From: an uncultured Acidobacteriota bacterium
Lineage (GTDB): Bacteria > Acidobacteriota > Thermoanaerobaculia > Gp7-AA8
Reading direction: 5' to 3'
DNA length: 64,000 nt
NCBI GenBank assembly: GCA_963741955.1
Contig: CAVUKB010000005.1
Location: forward strand, 512,001-576,000
Both the position numbers and the translations under genes were made by a program. Of this stretch, positions 1-8,736 are shown in pieces (the stretch's first letter is position 1; each line of letters starts with the position of its first letter). The notes under the pieces are model-generated. The model had not been told where the DNA came from, made no database searches, and saw nothing but the letters and a program-made list of their open reading frames with translations.

Positions 1-818
1 TGCGCGGTGAGAGCGAGAACTGCGAGGAGTCCCTTCTTCTCGTACTCCGTTCCCTTCCTCATCATGATTCCGAAGATCGCCAGCATGGCGAGGAACGCGA
101 GGACGACGATCCCGCGGGCGACGTCGCGATTCTGGATGATGAACGTGACTGCGACGGTTCCGATGGCGATCCCGATCAGCACGAGGAACAGCCTCTTGAA
201 GCTGAGCGGCTCGAAGTCGGGAGCGGATCCGACGTGGGAGAGGTGCTTCTGCATGATGAGGTAGTTGATGATGCCCACCACCAGACCGATCGCACTGACT
301 GCGAACGCGGTGTGCCATCCGTACGCGATGGCGATGAGCGGGGTGGCGATCTGCGAGAGGGTCGCGCCGATGTTGACCGCCATGTAGTACATGGTGAACG
401 CGCTGTCGATCTTCGCCGAGTCGCCTTCGTAGAGTTTCGAGATCAGGTTCGCAGGATTGGCCTTGAACACGCCGCCGCCGACTGCCACCAGCCCGAGGGC
501 CGGGAAGAGAAGCGCGTCGTAGTTGGGGATGGCGAGCATGGTGTAGCCGCCGGCGAGGAGCACCGCGCCGAGGATGGTGGTGCGGCGGCTCCCGAGGAGC
601 TTGTCACCGATCCAGCCGCCGATGGCCGGGATCGCGTACGCCAGGGCCGCGAACGCGCCGAACGTCAGGTTCGCGCGATCATCGGTGTAGGCGAGCTTCT
701 GGACCATGAAGAGGACGACCACTGCGGTCATGCCGTAGTAGCCGAACCTCTCCCACATCTCGATGAGGAAGAGCGTGGTGAATCCCATCGTCTTCGAAGA
801 GTTGCGAGGTTCTGTCAT
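1..818 (-). CDS. Proton-dependent oligopeptide transporter (POT/PTR family, MFS), partial (3' part runs off the window)
   Basis: Manual translation from ATG at 818 gives MTEPRNSSKTMGFTTLFLIEMWERFGYYGM (ExxERFxYY POT motif), then GGWIGDKLLGSRRT, FKANPANL and FTMYYMAVNIG. Confidence 0.92.
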   Translation of the reverse strand, partial: MTEPRNSSKTMGFTTLFLIEMWERFGYYGMTAVVVLFMVQKLAYTDDRANLTFGAFAALAYAIPAIGGWIGDKLLGSRRTTILGAVLLAGGYTMLAIPNYDALLFPALGLVAVGGGVFKANPANLISKLYEGDSAKIDSAFTMYYMAVNIGATLSQIATPLIAIAYGWHTAFAVSAIGLVVGIINYLIMQKHLSHVGSAPDFEPLSFKRLFLVLIGIAIGTVAVTFIIQNRDVARGIVVLAFLAMLAIFGIMMRKGTEYEKKGLLAVLALTA

Positions 819-1094
819 ACGAAATCGTCCTGTTCCTTCGTGTATTCAGGGGTTGAACGGAAGATGGACCGCATCCGAACACCCCGGGAATCGCATCATA
901 CCGCGTTCGCACGCGGAGTCCCCGTGACCGGTCGAGGCGCCGGGCGATCCAGCCGGAACGGCCGGAGCCGAGCGTCGCACTCTTCTCCCCGGATTGCTGA
1001 AAATTTTCGGAACATGCAACCGGGCGAAACAATTGCGGAAGGGAAACGACGGGTGGGTCGGACGCGCGGCGCACGGCCAGGTGCGATCGCATCT

Positions 1095-1715
1095 TCACGG
1101 CGCGAGACGCTCGATCCGCCATCCGTGCGGCTCGCGTGCGTACACCAGGCGGTCGTGCAGACGGCTTGGCTGTCCCTGCCAGAACTCGAAGCGTGACGGA
1201 ACGATCCGGTAGCCGCCCCAGTGCGGCGGACGAGGGACTTCGCGCCCTTCGAATTCCTTTTCGAATCGCGCGACGAGATCCTCGAGCTGTTCGCGCGTCG
1301 CGAGAACTTCGCTCTGTTCGGAAGCCCATGCACCGATCTGGCTCCCGCGCGGACGGCTCGCGAAATACGCGTCGGACTCCTCGGGGGTGACCATCTCCAC
1401 CGTTCCTTCGATGCGCACCTGGCGTCCGAGCTCCTTCCACCAGAAGAGCATCGATGCGCGGGGATTCAGCGCGAGCTCGTCTCCCTTGCGGCTGCGATAG
1501 TTCGTGAAGAAGACGAAGCCGAGCTGGTCGAAGCTCTTGAGCAGTACGGTGCGGGAGGAAGGAACGCCGTCGGGCGTCGCGGTCGAAACGACCACTCCGT
1601 CGTGGAACGGGATCTCGAGCCGCATCACTTCGTCGTACCAGCGGCGGAACTGCTCGACCGGATCGGGGGCGAGATCGTCTTCGAGGAACGGGTGCGGCTC
1701 GTACTGATCCACCAT
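1095..1715 (-). CDS. pdxH: Pyridoxamine 5'-phosphate oxidase
   Basis: C-terminal 206 aa of ORF 1095..2804, with motifs RTVLLK, FFTNYRSRKG, RQVRIEG, YFASRPRGSQIGAWASEQS, PPHWGGY and EFWQGQPSRLHDR. Start set at MVDQY (1715); the upstream extension is repeat-derived. Confidence 0.95.
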   Translation of the reverse strand: MVDQYEPHPFLEDDLAPDPVEQFRRWYDEVMRLEIPFHDGVVVSTATPDGVPSSRTVLLKSFDQLGFVFFTNYRSRKGDELALNPRASMLFWWKELGRQVRIEGTVEMVTPEESDAYFASRPRGSQIGAWASEQSEVLATREQLEDLVARFEKEFEGREVPRPPHWGGYRIVPSRFEFWQGQPSRLHDRLVYAREPHGWRIERLAP

Positions 1716-1722
1716 GTCGTGG

Positions 1723-1731
1723 ATAGTAGCA
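1723..1731 (-). promoter_or_regulatory. Candidate extended -10 (TGcTACTAT) 7 nt upstream of the pdxH ATG, suggesting a leaderless transcript
   Basis: Minus strand reads TGC TACTAT ccacgac ATG, with no Shine-Dalgarno. Confidence 0.45.
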
Positions 1732-1749
1732 GACGGGAATGGGGGTTGG

Positions 1750-4152
1750 GTCCCGCGACGCCCTGTTCGGTGCGAGATGCGAGGATCGTCCCGAAAGTCG
1801 AGAGATGAACGGACCGTGGCGCGAGAGGAGCGATCTGCGTTTCTTTGACGCCATCGCTCCCCGGCAGGATGCCGGGGAGCCTCGCGCGGGACGCGCGACC
1901 CACTTTCGCGCGACCCACCTGTAGTGGGTTGGACGTCCCGTCCGATGCCCAGTGGGTTGGACGTCTCGTCCGATGCAGGGCGGCGTCCCGCGCCGCCCTG
2001 TTCGGTGCGAGATGCGAGGATCGTCCCGAGAGTCGAGAGACACGAACGCACCACATCGCGAGAGGAGCAATCTGCGTTTCTTTGACGCCATCGCTCCCCG
2101 GCAGGATGCCGGGGAGCCTCGCGCGGGACGCGCGACCCACTCGGAGTGGGTTGGACGTCTCGTCCGATGCAGGGCGGCGTCCCGCGCCGCCCTGTTCGGT
2201 ACGAGATGCGAGGATCGTCCCGAGAGTCGAGAGCTGAACGCACCACATCGCGAGAGGAGCAATCTGCGTTTCTTTGACGCCATCGCTCCCCGGCAGGATG
2301 CCGGGGAGCCTCGCGCGGGACGCGCGACCCACTTTCGCGCCACCCACCTGTAGTGGGTTGGACGTCCCGTCCGATGCCCAGTGGGTTGGACGTCTCGTCC
2401 GATGCAGGGCGGCGTCCCGCGCCGCCCTGTTCGGTGCGAGATGCGAGGATCGTCCCGAGAGAAGAGAGCTGAACGCGCTGCGGCGCGAGAGGAGCGATGC
2501 GCGTTTCTTTGACGCCATCGCTCCCCGGCAGGATGCCGGGGAGCCTCGCGCGGGACGCGCGACCCACTTTCGCGCCACCCACTTGTAGTGGGTTGGACGT
2601 CCCGTCCGATGCCCAGTGGGTTGGACGTCTCGTCCGATGCAGGGCGGCGTCCCGCGCCGCCCTGTTACGGTGCGAGATGCGAGGATCGTCCCGAGAGTCG
2701 AGAGACCGAACGCACCACATCGCGAGAGCAACAATCTGCGTTTCTTTGACGCCATCGCTCCCCGGCAGGATGCCGGGGAGCCTCGCGCGGGACGCGCGAC
2801 CCACTTGGAGTGGGTTGGACGTCCCGTCCGATGCAGGGCGGCGTCCCGCGCCGCCCTGTTACGGGCAAGGTACGACGGTCGTCCCGAGAGTCGAGAGACC
2901 GAACGCACCACATCGCGAGAGCAACAATCTGCGTTTCTTTGACGCCATCGCTCCCCGGCAGGATGCCGGGGAGCCTCGCGCGGGACGCGCGACCCACTCC
3001 GCGCGCGACCCACTGTAGTGGGTTGGACGTCCCGTCCGATGCCCAGTGGGTTGGACGTCTCGTCCGATGCAGGGCGGCGTCCCGCGCCGCCCTGTTCGGT
3101 GCGAGATGCGAGGATCGTCCCGAGAGTCCAGAGCTGAACGCACCACATCGCGAGAGGAGCGATGCGCGTTTCTTTGACGCCATCGCTCCCCGGCAGGATG
3201 CCGGGGAGCCTCGCGCGGGACGCGCGACCCACTTGCAGTGGGTTGGACGTCTCGTCCGATGCAGGGCGGCGTCCCGCGCCGCCCTGTTCGGTACGAGATG
3301 CGAGGATCGTCCCGAGAGTCGAGAGACACGAACGCACCACATCGCGAGAGGAGCAATCTGCGTTTCTTTGACGCCATCGCTCCCCGGCAGGATGCCGGGG
3401 AGCCTCGCGCGAGACGCGCGACCCACTTGCAGTGGGTTGGACGTCCCGTCCGATGCAGGGCGGCGTCCCGCGCCGCCCTGTTCGGTACGAGATGCGAGGA
3501 TCGTCCCGAGAGTCGAGAGACACGAACGCACCACATCGCGAGAGGAGCAATCTGCGTTTCTTTGACGCCATCGCTCCCCGGCAGGATGCCGGGGAGCCTC
3601 GCGCGGGACGCGCGACCCACTCGGAGTGGGTTGGACGTCCCGTCCGATGCCCAGTGGGTTGGACGTCCCGTCCGATGCAGGGCGGCGTCCCGCGCCGCCC
3701 TGTTCGGTGCGAGATGCGAGGATCGTCCCGAGAGTCGAGAGCTGAACGCGCTCCGGCGCGAGAGGAGCGATGCGCGTTTCTTTGACGCCATCGCTCCCCG
3801 GCAGGATGCCGGGGAGCCTCGCGCGGGACGCGCGACCCACTTTCGCGCCACCCACCTGTAGTGGGTTGGACGTCCCGTCCGATGCAGGGCGGCGTCCCGC
3901 GCCGCCCTGTTACGGTGCGAGATGCGAAGATCGTCCCGAGAGAAGAGAGACACGAACGCACCACATCGCGAGAGGAGCAATCTGCGTTTCTTTGACGCCA
4001 TCGCTCCCCGGCAGGATGCCGGGGAGCCTCGCGCGGGACGCGCGACCCACTCCGCGCGCGACCCACTCGGCGCGACCCACTCGACGCGCGACCCACTTTC
4101 GCGCCACCCACTCGGCGCGCGACCCACTCCGCGCGCAACCCACCTGTAGTGG
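1750..4152. repeat. Tandem array 1 of REP/BIME-like composite palindromic units (11 units, period 192-237 bp)
   Basis: TTGACGCCATCGCTCCCCGGCAGGATGCCGGGGAGC recurs at 1845, 2082, 2274, 2509, 2746, 2939, 3174, 3368, 3562, 3782 and 3992. Each unit also has GTGGGTTGGACGTC(C/T)CGTCCGATGC and CAGGGCGGCGTCCCGCGCCGCCCTG hairpins. Confidence 0.95.
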
Positions 4153-4159
4153 ATTTGCG

Positions 4160-4447
4160 TTACACCCCTTCGATCAGGATCATCTCCGTCGACGCGCTCG
4201 CCTGGCGGAGTTTCTTCGCCTCGGCGTAGCCGGGAGAGCTCCACCACGCCCGTGCCGCGTCGCTGGTCGGGAACTCCAGAATCACCAGGCGGCGAGGCGA
4301 CCAACTCCCTTCGAGCGTCTCGACCTTCCCCCCTCGAACGACGAAGCGTCCGTCGAACGGAACGAGTGAGGGAGCGGTCATGCTCTTGTAACGGTCGTAG
4401 GTTTCCGGATCATGGACATCGATCTGAACGAGGACGAACGCGGGCAC
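4160..4447 (-). CDS. DUF1330 family protein
   Basis: 95 aa with the typical pattern YDRY...DGRFVVRGG..ETLEG.W.PRRLVILEFPT.DAARAWW.SPGY; GGAGG RBS. Confidence 0.88.
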   Translation of the reverse strand: MPAFVLVQIDVHDPETYDRYKSMTAPSLVPFDGRFVVRGGKVETLEGSWSPRRLVILEFPTSDAARAWWSSPGYAEAKKLRQASASTEMILIEGV

Positions 4448-4477
4448 GACAACCTCCGGTCTGAATTGGACGCGAGT

Positions 4478-7400
4478 CTACTTCTTCCCCTTCTGCAGGA
4501 TCTCGAGACGCTGCTTCGCGAGTGCCCAGGTGGAGACGGCAGTCCCCTCGTCGGCATCGGGCTTTTCGACCTTCCGGTACGCCGTCACTGCGGCGTCGTT
4601 CTCTCCGTAATCTTCCGCGATGCGGCCGAAGACGAACCAGTCGACGGCGCGCGGCTCATCGAGAGGCGACGCTGCGATGGCCCGCAGGATCACCTGATTC
4701 GCTTCGGCTGGGCGGCCGCTCGACGCGTAGATCGATGCGAGGGTGTGAAGCGTCGCGTAATTTCCCGGCGAGAGGAGGACGGCGCGCTGCCCGAGCTCCA
4801 CGTGATGAGGAGTGAGCCCGGTGAAGAGACCCAGCCACGCCGCGTCGTTGAAGATTCCGGGGGCCGGGTCTCCAGTTTCGATCATGGTCTTCAGGTAGCC
4901 CTCGGCCTCCTTCAGCTCTCCCCGCTGCTCCGCGGTGAGGATCAAGGACTGAAGCGCGTATGCGTCGCGGTCGTCCTTTTTCAACCGCGCCTTTGCCAGA
5001 GAGACCGCCTCGTCGTACCGCTTCAACTCGGTGAGCGCCCCGGTCCTGGCGGCGAAGAGCGTGACCGAGTCGGGATCGTCCTTCGCCAGTTCGTCCGCAA
5101 CCGCGAGCAGTTCCTTCGCCTGGTCGAGCCGCTGGTGCGCCCGCATCTCCGCGAGACGGATCGCGCGCTGCTCGTCCGTGGAGAGGGATTTCGTGTCGAT
5201 GGCGGAGAGTGAGGCGAGCGCTTCTTTCGCCAGCGCCTTCGTTCCGCCCGCCATCAGAGCCGCGACCGCACGGCGGATCGCGGGCTCTTCCGCTTTCGAG
5301 CCTTTGGTCCAGAGCCGCGCGAAGGGAGAGGTGCGGTACCAGTCGTCCCCCCCGCGGATGCTGATCTCCTCGCGAGCCCAGTCGAGCCAGTGGCGTGCGC
5401 CGTCGAGATCGTGTCGTTCGACCAGCTCGAGCACGTGCGGTCCCGTCAGTTCGACCACCTCGGACATCGCGAGCAGCCGGTAGTGGCCATCTTCCTTCAC
5501 CACGAAGTACTTCTCGTCGACTCCCTGCGCGCTCTTCGAGCGCATTCTCAACCGGTAGCCCGACGCTTCGTTTCCGTCACGGATGAACTCGAGGCTCGGG
5601 AGAGCGAGGTCCGCCACCAGGTCGCCACCCATCCCTGCGCTTCCGAGCATCTGCCGGACGAGCGACGCGAGCGCGACCATCCCTTCGAGATCCTCTTTCT
5701 CCACCAGCTCTTCACGGGTCCGGGCGGCGAAGAACGGGATGAGCGTCTCCCCCTCCAGCGACGGATCGGTGAGGACGGTGACGAGGAGCTTTCTGATCAA
5801 CCCCTCCGGCGTGGCATCGTCGATCTTCATCTCCTCGTGCTTCTTCGCCTTTCGGAGGGTGTCGATCAGGACTGCCTTCTCCGCCGCGTTCGATGCACCG
5901 TTGAGCGTCGCACTGAACATGTCGGCCGCGGGCTGGTAGAGCCGGAGGACCATCAGCGAGCCTCCGACGGCATCGAGCAGTTCGCGGCGCTTGTCGGGGT
6001 CCGACCTCAGCTTCTGCCCCTCGACGATGGCTGCCTCACTCCCCCGCTCCGCCGCGATGGCGGTGAGCCGGAGCTCATCGCGGACGGGAAAAGCGAACGT
6101 GGACGATTCCTCCTTTTCCACGTCCGCATACCGCCCCGCCCAGAGGAGCGCAGTGAGATAGAGCTGATCGAGATCACCGCTCTTTTCGAGCTTGCGCGCT
6201 TTCTCGAACGCCTCGATGGCTCCCTTCAGATCGGCGCCGGCACCGAAGCGGGCGCCGTGCTCGTCGAACTCGAGAAGGATGCCGAGGTTCCACGGAATGA
6301 GACCGTTCTCCGGGTCGAGCTCCATCGCTTTTCGATAGGCTTCGACGGCGCCGGCACGATCCCACCCGCTCTTGAACCTCCGGCCGATCATATCGAACTG
6401 GAGAATCCACGCGAGGGCCTCGTATCCGACGGACGACTTCGGGTCGGCCGCAATGGCCTGGTGTGCCTCGGCGCGCGCCAGCTCGCCCATACTTCCGGCG
6501 AGGAGCGCTCGCGCGATCCGGGCGTGATGCACCGCCTCTTTCGGGTAGGCCCTGGCCAGGCGCCTGAACTCCTTCAGCGCATCACCGACTTTCCCCGCGG
6601 CGAGATCCGCTTCTCCGATCTGGTCGAACCCGATCAGAATCGGCTTCCCGTCGAGATCGGCGAGAGCCTTCTTCGTCGCTTCGAATTCCGCAGGAGTCAA
6701 TCGTGCTTTCCCGGTGTCGAGGGTCAGGTGTGCAGTAACCGCTCCGGAAGGCTCGGTGACGAACTTCTTTTCGAAGCGCATCGTGCCGAGATCCTTCGAT
6801 TCATCGGGGGGAAGCGCGCGGGGGGCGAACCCGTCGGGAGCGACGATCCGGTAGGTCCACTCCTTGACGTACGGCTCGGGCAGCTCGAAATCGTTCTTTC
6901 TGGTCTTCTCTTCCTTCTTGTCGTCCTGATCGTCGCTCCCGGATCGGAGCACCCACGGCAACTCGGAGAAGAGCTCTCCCGGAAGGATTCCCACCACCGC
7001 CTCGGACTGGGTGGTGATGCCGCGCGATCCCTTCGGAATCTCGATCCGGATCCGGAAAGGGCGCGTCAGATCGTTCGGATCGCTGACGTCGATCTTCGGA
7101 TCTTCCTTGGCCACATACGCCGTTCGTGCGTATCCCTCGAGATTGCTCTTGATCGATTTGGCGTCGCGCGATGCGTACTCTGCCCGCATCTCGCTCTCCG
7201 GAGCGCCGGTGTACCGCGACGTCTCCACGATCTGCGCGGGGCCGCGCTGCGGGAGAGTGAACTCGCGCATCTCGGAGATCCGGTTGTCGGTGGAGACGGA
7301 GTGGGGTGTCCTGACCAGATCCTTCGTCGATGCCGCGGCGATCAGCGCCCAGTGCCCCTGATCGGCGATGGGCAGCTCCCCTGCCCGGGAGAATTCGTCC

Positions 7401-8596
7401 GTCGGATCGATCCAGAGGTCGACCGGTCGCGAAACGTGAACGATGGCGTGGTTGAAGCCGCCCATTCCGGGGAGCTCCGGATCGACGTACGCGCCGGCGC
7501 CGGAATCGAGGAGGACCACCGCTGCCTCCATCCCGGCGGCGCGGAGCATCCCGGTCAGGAGAGTCGCCTTGTCCTTACAGTCGCCGAAGCGCCGCGCGAG
7601 CGTCTCCGCAGGGGTGCGCGGAACGATGGAAGCCTCACTGAACTCGACTCCGGTGTAGCGCACCTGGGATTGCAGCAGCGCGAGAATGCGATCGATCTTT
7701 TCACGATCTCCTTTCGCGCCGCGGATCGCCGGCGCCACCACGGATTTGAGCTCGGCGCCGTCGAGCTGCTTCGCGACCACGGCCTCGTATGCGGTTGCGA
7801 CGTCGCCCCACGATTTTCCGGTGGTGAACGCGACATAGGGAAACTGATGGACGTCGGAGGGAGTGAGGAACTCGTAGTCTTCGATCGCGGGAACGGGTCC
7901 GAGTTGGAACTGGTACCGGATCCGTCCATCCTGCCGTGTTTCGATCGGTTCGATGGGAGGGGTGGTTCGCACCGCGAAGCGGAGCGGCACGTCCGCGGGA
8001 GCGTCGACCGTGAGGCGGATCTCCCGGGACGGCGCCCCGGCACTCATCGGCACGCGGGTCACCACTCCGGCCTCGAAGAGAGGCAGAGTCCCTCTCTTCG
8101 TGATCCTGAACTCGACCACCGACCCTTTCTTCACCGCCGGCAGAGGGGCGCGGGTCACGCGCGTATCGGTGTACATCCGATTCGAGATCTCCCGCGACGG
8201 GGCGTCGGCGATGGTCGACGGATCGAAGGGATGGACTGCGCCGTCCGGCGTGATCACCCGCGCCTCGATCTCCGGTCTTTGTTCATACCAGGAAGCCCAC
8301 CCTTGCGAGATACCGGACCAGTCTTCGACCGCGCTCTCGTCGAGGATGGTGTACACCTCGCGGCGGGTGAGAGTGATCGCACCCTTCGCGTCGATGCCGT
8401 ACGTGGTGTCGAGCAGAAGGACCTCGACGGGGTTCTGGGATCCGGCGGTCAATGTGTCGGCGCGCTCGAGGATTGCCCTGGTATCCGGCGCAAACGCCTG
8501 CGACCACGGTTCCTGATCGGCCGCAAGAAGTGAGCTGGAAAGAAGAACCGCAGAAAGCAGCAGCAATACGACCCGACCGCGGAGATCCCGAAGCAT
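4478..8596 (-). CDS. Large secreted DUF3857 / transglutaminase-like / TPR-repeat protein
   Basis: Signal peptide; DUF3857-type N-terminus; transglutaminase triad motifs GDCKDKATLL, FNHAIV and WIDPT; helical TPR-like C-terminal half. Confidence 0.85.
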   Translation of the reverse strand: MLRDLRGRVVLLLLSAVLLSSSLLAADQEPWSQAFAPDTRAILERADTLTAGSQNPVEVLLLDTTYGIDAKGAITLTRREVYTILDESAVEDWSGISQGWASWYEQRPEIEARVITPDGAVHPFDPSTIADAPSREISNRMYTDTRVTRAPLPAVKKGSVVEFRITKRGTLPLFEAGVVTRVPMSAGAPSREIRLTVDAPADVPLRFAVRTTPPIEPIETRQDGRIRYQFQLGPVPAIEDYEFLTPSDVHQFPYVAFTTGKSWGDVATAYEAVVAKQLDGAELKSVVAPAIRGAKGDREKIDRILALLQSQVRYTGVEFSEASIVPRTPAETLARRFGDCKDKATLLTGMLRAAGMEAAVVLLDSGAGAYVDPELPGMGGFNHAIVHVSRPVDLWIDPTDEFSRAGELPIADQGHWALIAAASTKDLVRTPHSVSTDNRISEMREFTLPQRGPAQIVETSRYTGAPESEMRAEYASRDAKSIKSNLEGYARTAYVAKEDPKIDVSDPNDLTRPFRIRIEIPKGSRGITTQSEAVVGILPGELFSELPWVLRSGSDDQDDKKEEKTRKNDFELPEPYVKEWTYRIVAPDGFAPRALPPDESKDLGTMRFEKKFVTEPSGAVTAHLTLDTGKARLTPAEFEATKKALADLDGKPILIGFDQIGEADLAAGKVGDALKEFRRLARAYPKEAVHHARIARALLAGSMGELARAEAHQAIAADPKSSVGYEALAWILQFDMIGRRFKSGWDRAGAVEAYRKAMELDPENGLIPWNLGILLEFDEHGARFGAGADLKGAIEAFEKARKLEKSGDLDQLYLTALLWAGRYADVEKEESSTFAFPVRDELRLTAIAAERGSEAAIVEGQKLRSDPDKRRELLDAVGGSLMVLRLYQPAADMFSATLNGASNAAEKAVLIDTLRKAKKHEEMKIDDATPEGLIRKLLVTVLTDPSLEGETLIPFFAARTREELVEKEDLEGMVALASLVRQMLGSAGMGGDLVADLALPSLEFIRDGNEASGYRLRMRSKSAQGVDEKYFVVKEDGHYRLLAMSEVVELTGPHVLELVERHDLDGARHWLDWAREEISIRGGDDWYRTSPFARLWTKGSKAEEPAIRRAVAALMAGGTKALAKEALASLSAIDTKSLSTDEQRAIRLAEMRAHQRLDQAKELLAVADELAKDDPDSVTLFAARTGALTELKRYDEAVSLAKARLKKDDRDAYALQSLILTAEQRGELKEAEGYLKTMIETGDPAPGIFNDAAWLGLFTGLTPHHVELGQRAVLLSPGNYATLHTLASIYASSGRPAEANQVILRAIAASPLDEPRAVDWFVFGRIAEDYGENDAAVTAYRKVEKPDADEGTAVSTWALAKQRLEILQKGKK

Positions 8597-8736
8597 TCAT
8601 CCTCCAAGGCGCGCGAAGCCCCAGTTCCGCGGACGCCGTTGTTTTCTGACAGCCATTCTACCGTGAGACAGAGACGCTGCCCGTCGAGCGGCGAAAATCG
8701 TCACGCACCACAATCCCTCCACTCGCCGAAGCGCAC

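Noticed and set aside
1750-4152. CRISPR array interpretation of array 1 (and array 2)
   Set aside because: Units are 190-246 bp, the intervening segments are homologous to each other rather than unique spacers, and there are no cas genes in the window.
1625-4304. Long ORFs (up to 837 aa) across array 1, including the N-terminal extension of pdxH
   Set aside because: They are products of GC-rich repeats lacking stops, occur in several frames and both strands, shift frame between units, and have Arg/Pro/Ala-rich low-complexity composition.
5390-8533. 1047-aa plus-strand ORF, and similar shadows at 234-1196, 8740-11133, 12996-14729, 41103-43481 and 43995-46844
   Set aside because: These are antisense shadows of well-supported minus-strand genes, as expected with high GC3, and show no recognisable motifs.
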